64,000 nt of DNA from Octopus sinensis (GCF_006345805.1 NC_043024.1:8370001-8434000); one strand, 5' to 3'; shown: positions 35,745-49,288, counted from the first letter of the stretch. Notes: generated from the sequence alone by a model not told the origin. Numbers and translations: made by a program.

Positions 35745-36205
35745 ACCCGTTTTCCATGCTGGCATGGGTAAGACAGTTTGACTGAGGACTGGCAAGCCAG
35801 AAGGCTGTAACAGGCTCCAATCTGATCTGGCAAGGTTTCTACAGCTGGATGTCCTTCCTAACACCAATCACTCTGAGAGAGTGTAGTGGGTGCTTTTTAT
35901 GTGCCACCAGCATGAGGGCCAATCAGGTAGTACTTGCATCAACCATGCTTGAATGGTGCTTCTTATGTGCCACCGGTATGGGTGCCAGTCAGGCAGCACT
36001 GGCAACAACCATGCTTGAATGGTGCTTCTTATGTGCCACCGGTATGGGTGCCAGTCAGGCAGCACTGGCAACAACCATGCTTGAATGGTGCTTCTTATAT
36101 GCCACCGGTATGGGTGCCAGTCAGGCGGCACTGGCAACAACCATGCTTGAATGGTGCTTCTTATGTGCCACCGGTATGGGTGCCAGTCAGGCGGTACTGG
36201 CACCG
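35745..36205 (-). mobile_element. Family R variant with five ~60-bp internal tandem repeats
   Basis: CAACCATGCTTGAATGGTGCTTCTTATGTGCCACCGGTATGGGTGCCAGTCAGGCAGCACTGGCAA repeated. Confidence 0.85.
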
Positions 36206-37926
36206 TGTGTGTGTATGTGTATGTGTGTGTCACCCCACTGCTTTGACAGTTGGTGTTGGTTTATTTGCATCTCTGTAACTTAGCAGTTTGGCAAAAGGAG
36301 ACTGATAAAGTAAGTGCCATACTTAAAAAATACTAATACTGGTGTCGATTTGTTCAACTAAATCTTTCAAGATGGTGTCCCATCATAGCAACAGTTCAAT
36401 GACTGAAACAGGCAAAATATAAAAGATAACACATTGTGGATTACATTATCAAATATGTGTTGTTTTGAAGTTGGCAGTGTGTAATTAGCGGTACATTTGG
36501 CTGCTACTTTTAGCAGGTCAAGTGGCCATGTAGAAGATTCTTTGTTGGCTCAACCTCAGGAGAATATAATTGAGAGCTTTAAATAGCAGCTTGTGCTGTA
36601 GAATTATTGATCATTGATTAGTTGGTGGTTTTGCGAAAAACTCAAGTTCCACTCCTCCGCTAGGAAATGCTACCTGCAGTAGATGATAGCTCTGCATTGT
36701 TATGCATGGAGATCAATTTAAATCTTGTCCACTCGACCCTTTGACTATCCAAATCATTTTCATAACTTTGTCCTAAATATCCATGCTTGTTTTCAGACTT
36801 TTAGTTAGCCCTTGTCTCATAAATTCTGAGTTATATGAAGCTTTCTTTTCATAAGTCCCAAATTACTCCAGTGATTGGAAAAAAATCTGGTAATCATCAT
36901 CATCATCATTTAACGTCCGTTTTCCATGCTAGCATGAGTTGGACGGTTCGACCGGGATCTGATGAGCCATGGAGGCTGCACCAGGCTCCAGTCTGATTTG
37001 GCAGTGTTTCTACAGCTGGATGCCCTTCCTAACGCCAACCACTCCGTGAGTGTAGTGAGTATTTTTTACGTGCCACCGGCACAGGGGCCAGAGCTGGCTG
37101 GCAAATGGCCACAATCGGTTGGTGCTTTTACATGTCACCGACACGGATGCCAGTCAGGCGACGCTAGTAACTGCTACGCTCGAACGGTGCTTTTACGTGT
37201 CACCAGCACTGGTGTCTTATCATATACCAGCTGGCTCTGTGCCATCAAAGATGACGGCTAATTGTAGTATTTTATATGTTATCTAGCGGTTGTATTTTGA
37301 GATGTGACATCGGTCATTGTTTGTTACTGAAAGAACGTTGATTCACACATACATTCACATACTTCTCTTGCACACATACACACACACACATACACACACA
37401 TACTCACACAGAGTTGAAACGCTGTTTGATTTTTATTTTCAGTGTTGAATGTTGACCATCCCACTTCCATTGCACACACACACACACAAGCATTTACATA
37501 CTTCCATTTTACATACACACACACATATACTCACACAGAGTTGAAATGCTCCAACTACCAGTTTGCCATCAGCCCTTCCTTCCTTATTCATCTATCACCC
37601 CTTCTTTTCACATTCATATATTGTGACGGATAAAAACACGAGTATTATTATAGTAGATGGTTCATGGACACCAAGGAAATATGTCCTGGGTATTATATGT
37701 GATACACAGGAAAAGATTAAGGGTTAAGCAACAAGGCAAGATTCATAAGACTTATGTAGTCCTTGGTATATTATATCTGAAAAAATGGGGTGGTCACGCT
37801 TGATTCACAACCACATGGTTCCAGGTTCAAACCCTCTGTGTGACACCTTGGGCGAGTGTCTTCTATTAGAGCCTTAGACCAACCAAAGCCCTGTGAGTGG
37901 ACTTAGTAGACAGGAACTAAAAGAAG

Positions 37927-38345
37927 CCGCTGAGCTGGCAGAATCGTTAGCACGCCGGGCGAAATGCTTTGTGGTATTTTGTCCACCGCTGCGTTCTGAG
38001 TTCAAATTCCGCCGAGGTCGACTTTACCTTTCATCCTTTCGGGGTCGATTAAATAAGTACCAGTTACGCACTGGGGTCGATATAATCGACTTAATCCGTT
38101 TGTCTGTCCTTGTTTGTACCCTCTGTATTTAGCCCCTTGTGGGTTGTAAAGAAATAGGTATTTTGTCTGCCGTTACGTTCTGAGTTCAAATTCCGCTGAG
38201 GTCGACTTTACCTTTCATCCTTTCGGGGTCGATTAAATAAGTACCAGTTATGTACTGGAGTCGATGTAATCGACTTAATCCATTTGTCTGTCCTTGTTTG
38301 CCCCCTCTGTATGTAGCCCCTTGTGGGCAGTAAAGAAATAAGGAA
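37927..38345 (+). mobile_element. SINE family B dimer inserted in a SINE A fragment
   Basis: Head plus a second headless unit; GGAACTAAAAGAAGCC appears on both sides. Confidence 0.8.
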
Positions 38346-38587
38346 CTAAAAGAAGCCTGTGCTATATCTGTGTTCCGGTCACAGCTGGAACACCTTTGAT
38401 TATCAGACCTAAAGTTCACTCTTTGCCTGTCCAAAGTGTTTTTATTAGTTTGTCCGAAACATCCATGCTTGATTTCAAACCCTTAGTTAACCCTTATTTC
38501 ATATGTTCTGAGCAACATAAAGCTTTCCTTTCATGAATCCCGAGTTACCCTGGTGGTTGAAAAAAAAAAGAAAAAATTGGTAATGTG

Positions 38588-39000
38588 TAGGCGCAGGAGT
38601 GGCTGTGTGGTAAGTAGCTTGCTAACCAACCACATGGTTCCGGGTTCAGTCCCACTGTGTGGCATCTTGGGCAAGTGTCTTCTGCTATAGTCCCGGGCCG
38701 ACCAATGCCTTGTGAGTGGATTTGGTAGACGGAAACTGAAAGAAGCCTGTCGTATATATGTATATATATATATATATATATATGAGTGTGTGTGTGTGTG
38801 TGTGTTTGTCCTCCTAGTATTGCTTGAGAACTGATGCTGGTGTGTTTACGTCCCCGTCACTTAGTAGTTCGGCAAAGGAGACTGATAGAATAAGTACTGG
38901 GCTTACGAAGAATAAGTCCCGGGGTCGAGTTGCTCGACTAAAGGCGGTGCTCCAGCATGGCCGCAGTCAAATGACTGAAACAAGTAAAAGAGTAAAAGAG
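38588..39000 (+). mobile_element. SINE family A, full-length
   Basis: Complete head to (GTAAAAGA)n tail. Confidence 0.9.
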
Positions 39001-39419
39001 AGAGAGAGAAAGTGTATCCTATATGACACACATATATGATACACACCAGCGAAATATGCCCTGTGTATCGCATGTGATACACAGGATAGGCAAAAGATTA
39101 ATAGTGGGACAGGAAATATCCAGTGACTCACAGGGTCTTTGTGTCTCAGAAAGTTTAAGTTTACCAGAGCGATGGTGATATATAGATGCGTAGACAGGCG
39201 GAGACAGAGGGAAGGAGAGCGAGAGAGAATTACTGTGTTATCTCAGACAACTGATGCCAATATTATAGATTGGATATTAAACTGGTGAGTTTACAGCTGT
39301 AAATGTGAAAAGACTGCATTCCGATTTAATGTGATCTAAAATTAGAACCCGATTTCTAATTCTGGTCAGCAGGCCACAGATGATTGGAGGGTATCGGTCC
39401 TGTGGTGGTGCTGGTGGTA

Positions 39420-39645
39420 TATCATCATCATCAGCCTCATCATCAGCAGCAGCAATATCATCATGATCATCATCATCATCATGATCGTCATCAGCATGAT
39501 CGTCATCAGCATCGTCGTCAGCATCGTCATCAACATCATCATCATCAACATCATCGTCATCATCATCATCAGTATCATCATCAACATCATCAGTATCATC
39601 ATCGTCATCATCATGATTGTCAGCATCATGATGATCATCATGATG
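39420..39645. repeat. Degenerate (CAT)n trinucleotide tract
   Basis: Direct inspection; a similar (GAT/GGT)n tract lies at ~47720-48130. Confidence 0.9.
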
Positions 39646-41301
39646 TGTAAGTAACTAATCATACTATATCATAATCAATGAACATGTCTTAAACTTTATT
39701 TATAACTTGGATAAATATTTTGCTGAGCGCAAAATCTTGGCAGATATGGTTGAGCTAATAGATCAGTTACTAAGGATAGCCAAACCAATAGAGTGACATA
39801 TCATTGATAGTTTATCATGTCCATAGTTCAGGGTGGGGACTTTTTTTTTTATTTTATGAAATTTTAGTTGGTGGCCGAGGGACAGTGCCTATAGCTTCTG
39901 TGGCCCCTTTCAAACAGGTGTGGAGGTGTGGTTTGGTACAAATTTCTGTAGGTACAAGCCTGGTAGTGTGGTTAGGAAGTTTGTTTCTCAACTATGTGAC
40001 TTTTGAGTTCAGTCCCACAGTGTGGCACTTTGGGCACCCTGTAGTTCTGGGCTGGTTAAAACTTTGGGAGTGAACTCTTTCTCCACAACTTTCTCTCACT
40101 CTTTCCTCCTGCATCTTGCAGCCCACCTGCGATGGACCGGCGTCCCGTCCAGGTAGGGAACCTATACGCCAAGAAACCTGGAAACTGGCCCTTATGAGCC
40201 AGGCATAGCTCGTGAAGGAACAAACAAACAATCTAATGTGTAATTTGACGAAGGTGTGTGGCTTAATGGTTAGGGTATTGTACGTGTGATTGTAAGATCA
40301 TGGTTTTGATTCCTGGATGGGTATTGCATTGTGTTCTTCAACAGAGCACTTCATTTCACATTCCTCTTGCCCACCCACCTGCAAAATGAGCTCTAGCAAT
40401 AGCTGAGCAGTCAACCCTGTAACTGATCAGTGTCTTGTTGACTGGAGAGTGTTGTAATCTGTCGCTTGAGCCCCACAGAAACAGATTAATCCAGTGTCCC
40501 ATTCAGAGTGGGACGTGTTGTAATGCCAGTCATTTATATGCCATGGAAACCACATTAAGCTCAATCTTTAGGAAGCCAAAAGTTCATAACAGATCTATGG
40601 TGTAATCACATCTCCCCCATGTAAACATGATAGGGTGAGTCATGAGAAAATGGGCGATGTATTTATATTTTCCACATTGTTTTCCATTTGCCTTTACCTG
40701 TGTCAGTCAGGCAAGTTTTGTTGTTGGTGTAGTAATGTAAGTAATGAAAATTCTTCTTAAAACCTGGGTGCCACCCTGTGAATTGTAACCACCCAACTGT
40801 GAAGTTCAGGCAGTACAATCATCTTGCTCTTTTTGTTACCAGGTTGTAAGCACGGGCGTGGCTGTGTAGTAAGAAATTTGCTTCCCACCCACATGATTCT
40901 GCTTTCAGTCCTTCTGCGTAACACCTTGGGCAAGTGTCTTCTGCTATAGCCTCAGTGGATTTGGTTGATGGAAACTTAAAGAAGCCTATCGTGTGTGTGT
41001 GTGTGTATGTATATATATATATATATGTCTTTTCCGTAGGCTTTTCTTCCCACGGATAAATCTTATCTGCTTCCCCTTTACACCTTACATCATGACACTG
41101 TGATACACGATCCCTATTGATTGTTTTTTTTTTGTTTCTTTTCTTTTCATTCCTTTTTTTCTTCTTCTTTCTGCTTTCCCTTTTACGATCCCTTTTGATC
41201 GAAAACCTACCCCACCTTTATATTTTTTCTCTCCCCCAAAAAGAAAAGCTCTACTTTGTAATCTGTCCCGTCTTTGTGCAGCCCTGTGTGGCTAATAAAG
41301 A

Positions 41302-41332
<31 letters not shown>

Positions 41333-41855
41333 TTCATTTAATGACCGATGTCCATGCTGGCATGGGTTGGACAATGTGACCAGGACTGGCAAGCTAGAAG
41401 GGCTGCCCCAGACTCCAGTCTGATTTGGCATGGTTTCTATGGCTTGCTGCTATTCCTAATGCCAACCACTTTACAGTGTGTGCTGGGTGCTTTTACATGG
41501 TGTCATATATATATTTTATTTATGCGCCCTTTTCAAGCCTAACCAGGCTCATGGGCCCGGTTTCCTGGTTTCTGTGGCGTATGTGTTCCCCACCAGCTGG
41601 GCGGGATCCCAGTCCATCACAGCGTTACCCAAGAAACAGGAGCTTTAGGTGTTTTTGCTCAGTAAACACACATAACGCCTGGTCTGGGAATCGAAACCAC
41701 GATCCTCTGACCGCAAGTCCGCTGCCCTAACCACTGGGCCATTGCGCCTCCACACACATATATATATGTGTGTGTGTGTTGGTTTGTTTACGTCCTCGTA
41801 ACTGTGGTTTGGTGATAGAAACCTTTAGAGTAAGTACCATATTTTTTTAAATGAA

Positions 41856-42262
41856 AGGCACAGGAGTGGCTGTGTGGTAAGTAGTTTGCTAACCAACCAC
41901 ATGGTTCCGGGTTCAGTCCCACTGCGTGGCATCTTGGGCAAGTGTCTTCTGCTATAGCCCCAGGCTGACCAATGCCTTGTGAGTGGATTTGGTAGACGGA
42001 AACTGAAAGAAGCCTGTCGTATATATGTATATATATATGTGTGTGTGTATGTGTTTGTGTGTCTGTGTTTGTCCCCCTAGCATTGCTTGACAACCGATGC
42101 TGGTGTGTTTACGTCCCCGTCACTTAGCGGTTCGGCAAAAGAGACCGATAGAATAAGTACTAGGCTTACAAAGAATAAGTTCCGGGGTCGATTTGCTCGA
42201 CTAAAGGCGGTGCTCCAGCATGGCCGCAGTCAAATGACTGGAACAAGGAAAAGAGTAAAAGA
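41856..42262 (+). mobile_element. SINE family A
   Basis: Full-length; inserted inside the first copy of a local duplication. Confidence 0.9.
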
Positions 42263-42483
42263 GAGTATGTACTGGGGTCGATTTGTTTCATTAAACCCAT
42301 CGAGGCAGTGCCCCAGTATGGCCACAGTCCAGTAACTGAAGTAAGCAAAAGAAGAAATGATTGGGATATTAATGCTGTTATCCAGATGGCCATAGCTGCA
42401 TGTCCATTCTATTTATCTCTTTCATTATTTTGTTTTTTTTATGTGTGTGTATCGGACCGATTTTACCAAATTAACCAACCATT

Positions 42484-42699
42484 ACTCTCTCTCTTTTACT
42501 CTATTACTTGCTTCAGTCATTTGACTGCGGCCGTGCTGGAGCAGCACCTTTAATCGAGCAACTCGACCCCGGGACTTATTCTTTTGTAAGCCCAGTACTT
42601 ATTCTATTGGTCTCTTTTGCCGAACCGCTAAGTAATGGGGACATAAACACACCAGCATCTGTTGTCAAGCAATGCCAGGGGGACAAACACAGACACACA

Positions 42700-42741
<42 letters not shown>

Positions 42742-42933
42742 ATATATATACATACATACATACATTTATACGATGGGCTTCTTTCAGTTTCCATCCACCA
42801 AATCCACTCACAAGGCTTTTGTCGGCCCGAGGCTATAGTGGAAGACACTTGCCCAAGGTGCCACGCAGTGGGAATGAACCCGGAACCATGTGGTTGGTAA
42901 ACAAGCTACTTACCACAAAGCCACTCCTGCGCC
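42484..42933 (-). mobile_element. SINE family A flanked by a ~240-bp direct duplication
   Basis: 41839-41857 plus 42263-42483 is repeated at 42934-43170. Confidence 0.9.
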
Positions 42934-43644
42934 TATATTTTTTAAATGAAAGTATGTACTGGGGTCGATTTGTTTCATTAAACCCATTGAGGCAGTGCCC
43001 CAGTATGGCCACAGTCCAGTAACTGAAGTAAGCAAAAGAAGAAATGATTGGGATATTAATGCTGTTATCCAGATGGCCATAGCTGCATGTCCATTCTATT
43101 TATCTCTTTCATTATTTTGTTTTTTTTATGTGTGTGTATCGGACCGATTTTACCAAATTAACCAACCATTGTTATATTTTTATTGATTTCTAGCAATGTT
43201 TAACTTCATGGTTACCCCCCCATCCAATTTATATATTTGTAGTATTTGATAAATAGAATGTAATTTATACAGAGTTCTTGAAACATTTTGTTGGCAACCA
43301 AAAACACTGCACCAAAGATGTCTGCATCAATGTTTTTGTATGTTTGTTTTTTCTTTCTGATATTGCTTTTGCTGGTTTCACTCATTGGCCATATGGCCAT
43401 GCTGGGGCATTTGCTCTCAAGGACTAATTTTAGTCAATCATGTCGGCACCACGACTTAATTTGGTTCATGAGGTCAAGTTTTGCGAAATAGAGTTGCTTT
43501 GAATTTGCTTCAGAAGGAGGTCTATGTATGTGATGGTTAGTTGAGGTGGGAGCGCTAGGAATGTGGCCTGAGTGTCAATGGGGGTGGCAGCCCAAAAAAG
43601 TCTTGGAACCACTGGTATAAACCATTGTGCCAAACTTTGTACAT

Positions 43645-44140
43645 CATCATCATTTAGTGTCCATTTTCCATGTTGACATGGGGTTGACGGTTTGACAGGA
43701 GTTGGTCAACTGAAGAGCTACCCAGGCTCCATGTCTATTTTGACATTGTTTCTAAGGCTGGATGCCCTTCCTAATGCCAACCTCCTTACAGAATGGGCTG
43801 AGTGCTTTCGCGCAGTACTGGCATAGGTGCACTTATATGGTACTGGTACGGATGCTTTTTATGTGGCACCAGCACTCACAAGCCTGCAAGATCAGGAACA
43901 CCCAGCTGGAATGGGACGCAGAAGACATGTCTGTATGCAAGGACAGCCACGCATTTACTTAGCTTGACCTGTCTTCTCAAGCACAACAAAGTACCAGGAG
44001 TTTCGGTCTCCTCTCATCCCCTCTGTGAGGCCCAACATCTGAAGATCCTTTCTCACCATTCCATCCCACATTTCTCTGGGTTTACCCCTTCCACATGATC
44101 ACTGCACAATTAGAGATCGACACCTGTTGTTGCAAGTGTC
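43645..44140 (-). mobile_element. RTE LINE 3' end: ORF2 C-terminus plus 3' UTR homologous to family R
   Basis: GKPREMWDGMVRKDLQMLGLTEGMRGDRNSWYFVVLEKTGQAK* followed by GGTGCCACATAAAAAGCA...GGCATTAGGAAGGGCATCCAGC...CATGGAAAATGGACACTAAATGATGATG. Confidence 0.8.
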
Positions 44141-44924
44141 TTCCTTTACATTGAGGCATATCTGAGATCACCTTCAGTCACGACACAGACCATGGGATTG
44201 CACCTAGAAAGCTACCCTCCGAGGCACAGGTCCGGGCAAGGTTGTTTATGGAAGACCAGCAGTCGCCCATGCATACCGGCCTCCCCAGATAAGTGAAGTA
44301 ATGAAATTGTGTTGCTGTTTAAAAGCAATGTTCCAAAGTAATAATTTTAAGTGATACTTTTAATTCATACTTTTAAAATCAACGAGTGTGTATGTATGTA
44401 AGGTCGTTTAGGATATGAAGACAGAGAGAGAGAGAGGAAAGTGTATGATGAGGAGAACTAAAGGATAAAGACTGCCATCGGGCATTAATGATCATGGAAC
44501 ACACCTAAAAGTTTTCCTCCAACACACAAGTCTGGGCAAGGTGGTCTATGGAAGACCAGCTGTCACCCATGCATACCAGCCTCCCCTCCAATGTTACCCA
44601 AGGAAAGATGTTACCCATGGGAAGATTTTACCCATTCCACACCACCAATGTTACCCAAGGAAAGACGAAGGCTGATACATCTTGACACCAGTGACGGCGC
44701 AACTCATTTCTACAGTTGAGTGAACTGGAGCAATGTGAAATAAAGTGTCTTGCTCAAGGACACAACACACCACCTCATAATTGTGAGTCTGACACTCTAA
44801 CCACTGAGCCGTGCGCCTTCACTGAGGGGTACTAAGGTGGATACATTAAAAATTATCTTCTAGCCTTGTTGTCTCTCTAAAAAACCTGGATCTTTAGATC
44901 AGCTTGGGTTGAACCTCTTCCAAA

Positions 44925-45269
44925 CATCATCATCATCACCATCGTTTAACGTCCACTTTCCATGCTAGCATGGGTTGGACGGTTCAACTGGGGTCTGGGA
45001 AGCCAGAAGGCTGCACCAGGCCCAGTCTGATCTGGCAGTGTTTCTACAGCTGGATGCCCTTCCTAACGCCAACCACTCTGTGAGTGTAGTGGGTATATAT
45101 ATATATATCATCATCATCATCATTTAGCGTCCGCTTTCCATGCTAGCATGGGTTGGACAGTTCAACTGGGGTCTGGGAAGCCAGAAGGCTGCACCAGGCC
45201 CAGTCTGATCTGGCAATGTTTCTACAGCTGGATGCTCTTCCTAACGCCAACCACTCCGTGAGTGTAGTG

Positions 45270-45305
<36 letters not shown>

Positions 45306-45425
45306 CATCATCATCATCATCGTTTAACGTCTGCTTTCCATGCTAGCATGGGTTGGACGGTTCAACTGGGGTCTGGGAAACCAGAAGGCTGCACCAGGCC
45401 CAGTCTGATCTGGCAGTGCTTCTAC
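44925..45425 (-). repeat. Three family R copies in tandem separated by (TA)n
   Basis: Units start at ~44925, 45107, 45303; the first two end at GAGTGTAGTGGG|TATATA. Confidence 0.9.
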
Positions 45426-45949
45426 CTTCATTAAAATACTCCCAGCTGTTAAACAATTAGTCCAGCCAATCATGTAGCTGTTTAAATTTACATAATCATC
45501 TGACAGAATTACTGGCATTTTAATCAATGTAATAACGATAATGATGACAAGACCACTTCCTCACTCCCCCCCCTGCCACTGTACTTTACATTACATTTTT
45601 TTTTTTTTAATTATCTTCAGACAGACATGAAGAATCAGATTTTTGTCTTGCAATGTTGTTGCTTTTTTTTTTTTTTACGATTTTTTACGATTTTTGGTGG
45701 GGTAGGGTGGGGTGGGGTATTTTTTCGTTATCAGCTGACTGTCATCAGCGCGTAATTAATACAAGTTAATTTACATATAAGGAATTTAAAAAATGATAAT
45801 TTAAGCATTAAAAAAAAACGTTATGAGAGAGAGAAAGAAATGCATAATCTGTTGTAATATTTTATTTCTTTTGTTATGAATGTTGTTTGGAGGGGGAGGT
45901 GGTGGTGGTGGTGGGAGAACGATGGAATGAGATGCGAGGGAAGGAGGGA

Positions 45950-46160
45950 GAAAGGTTGGGAGGAAGGGAGAGAGGAAGGAAGGAAGGAAAGAAGAAAGGA
46001 AGGAAGGGAAGAAGGAAGAAAGAAAGAGAGAAAGAGAGAGAGAGAGAGAGAAAAAGAAAGGAAGGACAGAAGGAAGAAAGGAAGGAAGGAAAGAAGAAAG
46101 GAAGGAAAGAAGAAAGGAAGGAAAGAAGGAAGAAAGAAAGGAAGGAAAGAAGGAAGGAAT
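45950..46160. repeat. (GAAG/GAAA)n purine tract
   Basis: Direct inspection. Confidence 0.95.
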
Positions 46161-48437
46161 GTAGAGCTGCCTTTCAGTAAATTTGCTGAAAATGGTGAAA
46201 GTGGCCTGAGCAAATAGGCCTACTTCAGCAAGAATTGAACTCGGGCTGGCAGAATTGTTAGCATGCCAGACAAAATGCTTGGCAGCATTTGAGATGCCTT
46301 TACGTCCCGGGTTCAAATTCCACTTTGTCTTTGGTCCTTTTAGGGTTTAACAAATAAGTACCAGTTTAGCACTGGGATCAGTGTAATCATCTAGACCCCA
46401 CCTCCCAAAATTTCAGCCCCTGTGCCTATTGTGGAAAGGATTATTAAAGATGGCAAACTGGAAGAATCATTAGCTTGCTCTTTTACATTCTGAGTTCAAA
46501 TGCACATAAAAAGCATCGGAGTGGTTGGCGTTAGGAAGGGCATCCAGCTGTAGGAACCTTGCCAGATCAGATTGGAACCTGGCACAGCCTACTGGCTTGC
46601 CTGTCCCCAGTCAAACCATCCAGCAAGGTTTATGTGCATTTGAACTCAGAATGTCAGATCATTCTGAGTTCAAATGCACAGAAACCTTGTCAGATCAGAT
46701 TGGTGCCTGGTGCAGCCTTCCTGGCTTGCCTGTCCCCAGTCAAACCATCCAGCCCATGCCAGAATGGAAAGCAAACGTTAAACGTTGATGATGATGTAGG
46801 CCTACAGGTCGACTTACGACCAGTCAAAACCAATTGTGGTTGTAAGTCAACAATGGCCTGTACCAGTTGGACACTGGGGTTGATGCAATCAACTTACATC
46901 CCCCGCCACCTAAAATGCTGGCCTTATTGCCAAAATTTGAAACCATTATTATTTGTGCTGTTGCATTGCATGTTGAAGACTATTCTTTGGTTTTGTTATT
47001 GCTTGTGTCCACTCGTAAATAGACTCAATTCATTTTGCCATCCTTCTAAGACTCCTTATCTGCAATTGAAGGCTGTTGCCTGATGCAGACTTGGCTGTGT
47101 GGTAAGAAGCTTGCTTCTCAACCACATGGTTCCAGGTTCAGTCCCAAGATGGCAAACTGGCAGAATCATTAGCTTGCTCTTTACATTCTGAGTTCAAATG
47201 CACATAAAAACCACCCACTATATTCTCGGAGTGGTTGGCGTTAGGAAGGGCATCCAGCTGTAGAAATTCTGCCAGATCAGATTGGAGCCTGGTGCAGCCA
47301 TCTGGTTCACCAGCCCTCATTCAAATCGTCCAACCCATGCTAGCATGGAAAGCGGACATTAAACATTGATGATGATGATGATCATCATCGTTTAACATCT
47401 GCTTTCCATGCTAGCATGTGTTGGACGATTTTGACGGAGAGCTGGCGATCCAGATGGCTGCACCAGGCTTCAGTCTTGATCTGGCAGAGTTTCTACAGCT
47501 GGGTGCCCTTCCTAACGCCAACCACTCCGAGAGTGTAGTGGGTGCTTTTATGTGCCAGTCAGGTGGCACTGACAACGACCTCGCTCGAATCTTTTACACA
47601 TGCCACTGGCACAGGTGCCAGTAAGGCGATGCTGGTAACGATCACGCTCGAATGGTGTTTTTTACGTCCCACCGGCACGGAGGCCAATTATTCTGCCAGC
47701 TCACAACCTCTACTTATGTTAGTGATGATGTTGATAATTTTGGCTGTATACACATAATCACTGTTTCATTATTGGGGGATGATATTGGTGATGGCTTTGC
47801 CTTAGTTATTGTTACATTATTGGGTATGATGATGATGGTGATAGTGATTATGGTGGTGGCAGTGGTGGTGATAATTATGATGATGATGGTGATGATGGTG
47901 GTGGTAGTGGTGAATATGGTGGTGACACTGTTTTTGTTATATCATAAGCGATTGGGATGATGGTGGTGGAGACTTTGACATAGCTATTGTTGCATCACTG
48001 GTAGTGATGATGATGATGGTGATGATGATTCTGGTAGTAATGGCTTTGGCATAATTACCCTTACATCATTGGTGGCGATGGTCGTGGTAGTCATGGCTTT
48101 GGCATAGTTGTTACATTATTGTCATGATGGTGGCTGTGTCCACATAATTACTGTTTCATCGTTGCAGGAGTGGCTGTGTAAGTAGCTTGTTTACAAACCA
48201 CATGGTTCTGGGTTCAGTCCCACTGTGTGGTACCTTGGGCAAGTGTCTTCTACTATAACCTCGGGCTGACCAAATCCTTGTGAGTGGATTTGGTAGACGG
48301 AAACTGAAAGAAGCCCGTCGTATATATGTATGTATATGTATATATATATACATATATATATATTATATATATATATATATATTAATATATATATATTATA
48401 TATTATATATATATTATATATATATATATATTATATA

Positions 48438-48471
<34 letters not shown>

Positions 48472-48475
48472 TTTG

Positions 48476-48806
48476 TGACCCCCTTCGGTCATGAATGACC
48501 ATGGGATGCACCTAGAAAGTTACCCTCCTAGACACAAATCCGGGCAAGGTTGTTTATGGAAGACCAGCAGTCGCCCATGCATACCAGCATCCCCTCTCCA
48601 CATCACCAGTGTTATCCAAGGGAAAGGCAAAGGCCGATACAGCTTGGCACCAGTGACGTCGCAACCCATTTCTACAGCTGAGTAAACTGGAGCAACGTGA
48701 AATAAAGTGCCTTGCTCAAGAACACAACACGCAGCCCGGTCCGGGATTCGAGCTCACAACCTCACGATCGTAAGCTCGACGCTCTAACCACTGAGCCATG
48801 CGCCTT

Positions 48807-48810
<4 letters not shown>
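48476..48810 (-). mobile_element. tRNA-derived SINE family D, full-length
   Basis: Minus strand GTGAAGGCGCATGGCTCAGTGGTTAGAGC...GCTCGAATCC head and a CORE-like TTCTTGAGCAAGGCACTTTA block; fragments at ~44150-44285 and ~44500-44822. Confidence 0.8.
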
Positions 48811-48842
<32 letters not shown>

Positions 48843-49288
48843 TGTGTGTTTGTCCCCCTAGCATTGCTTGACAACCGATGCTGGTGTATTTATGTCCCCG
48901 TTACTTAGCGGTTCGGCAAAAGAGTCCGATAGAATAAGTACTGACTTACAAAAGAATAAGTCCCGGGATCGAGTTGCTCGACTAAAGGCAGTGCTCCAGC
49001 ATGGCCGCAGTCAAATGACTGGAACAAGTAAAAAAAGAGTAAAAAAAGAGTGATTTTGGTGTTGTGATGGTGACTTTGATATAGTTATTGTTACACCATT
49101 GATGATGATGATGGTGGTGGTGCCACTGAGTGGTACCTTAGGCAAGTGTCTTCTACCATAGCCCTCAGCTGAATTGAACTAGGGCTGGCAGAATTGTTAG
49201 CATGCCAGACAAAATGCTTGGCAGCATTTGATATGCCTTTACGTCCCGTGTTCAGATTCCACTTTGTCTTTGGTCCTTTTGGGGTTAA

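Noticed and set aside
36650-38580. Two diverged homologous segments (36740-36890, 38440-38575) with GFMKGK-like translation
   Set aside because: Probably an ancient LINE RT fragment; stops and frameshifts make it unassignable.
39247-39284. 38-nt micro-exon candidate (TTDANIIDWILN) with CTG|GTGAGT donor
   Set aside because: Good donor but modest acceptor; no homology or partner exon evidence; expected by chance in 64 kb.
39366-39662. His-rich / Asp-rich / Ile-Met-rich ORFs
   Set aside because: Degenerate (CAT)n tract of a kind seen elsewhere in the window in clearly non-coding context.
40571-40633. 63-nt segment with AG and G|GTGAGT borders
   Set aside because: Stop codons in all three frames; overlaps repeat-derived sequence.
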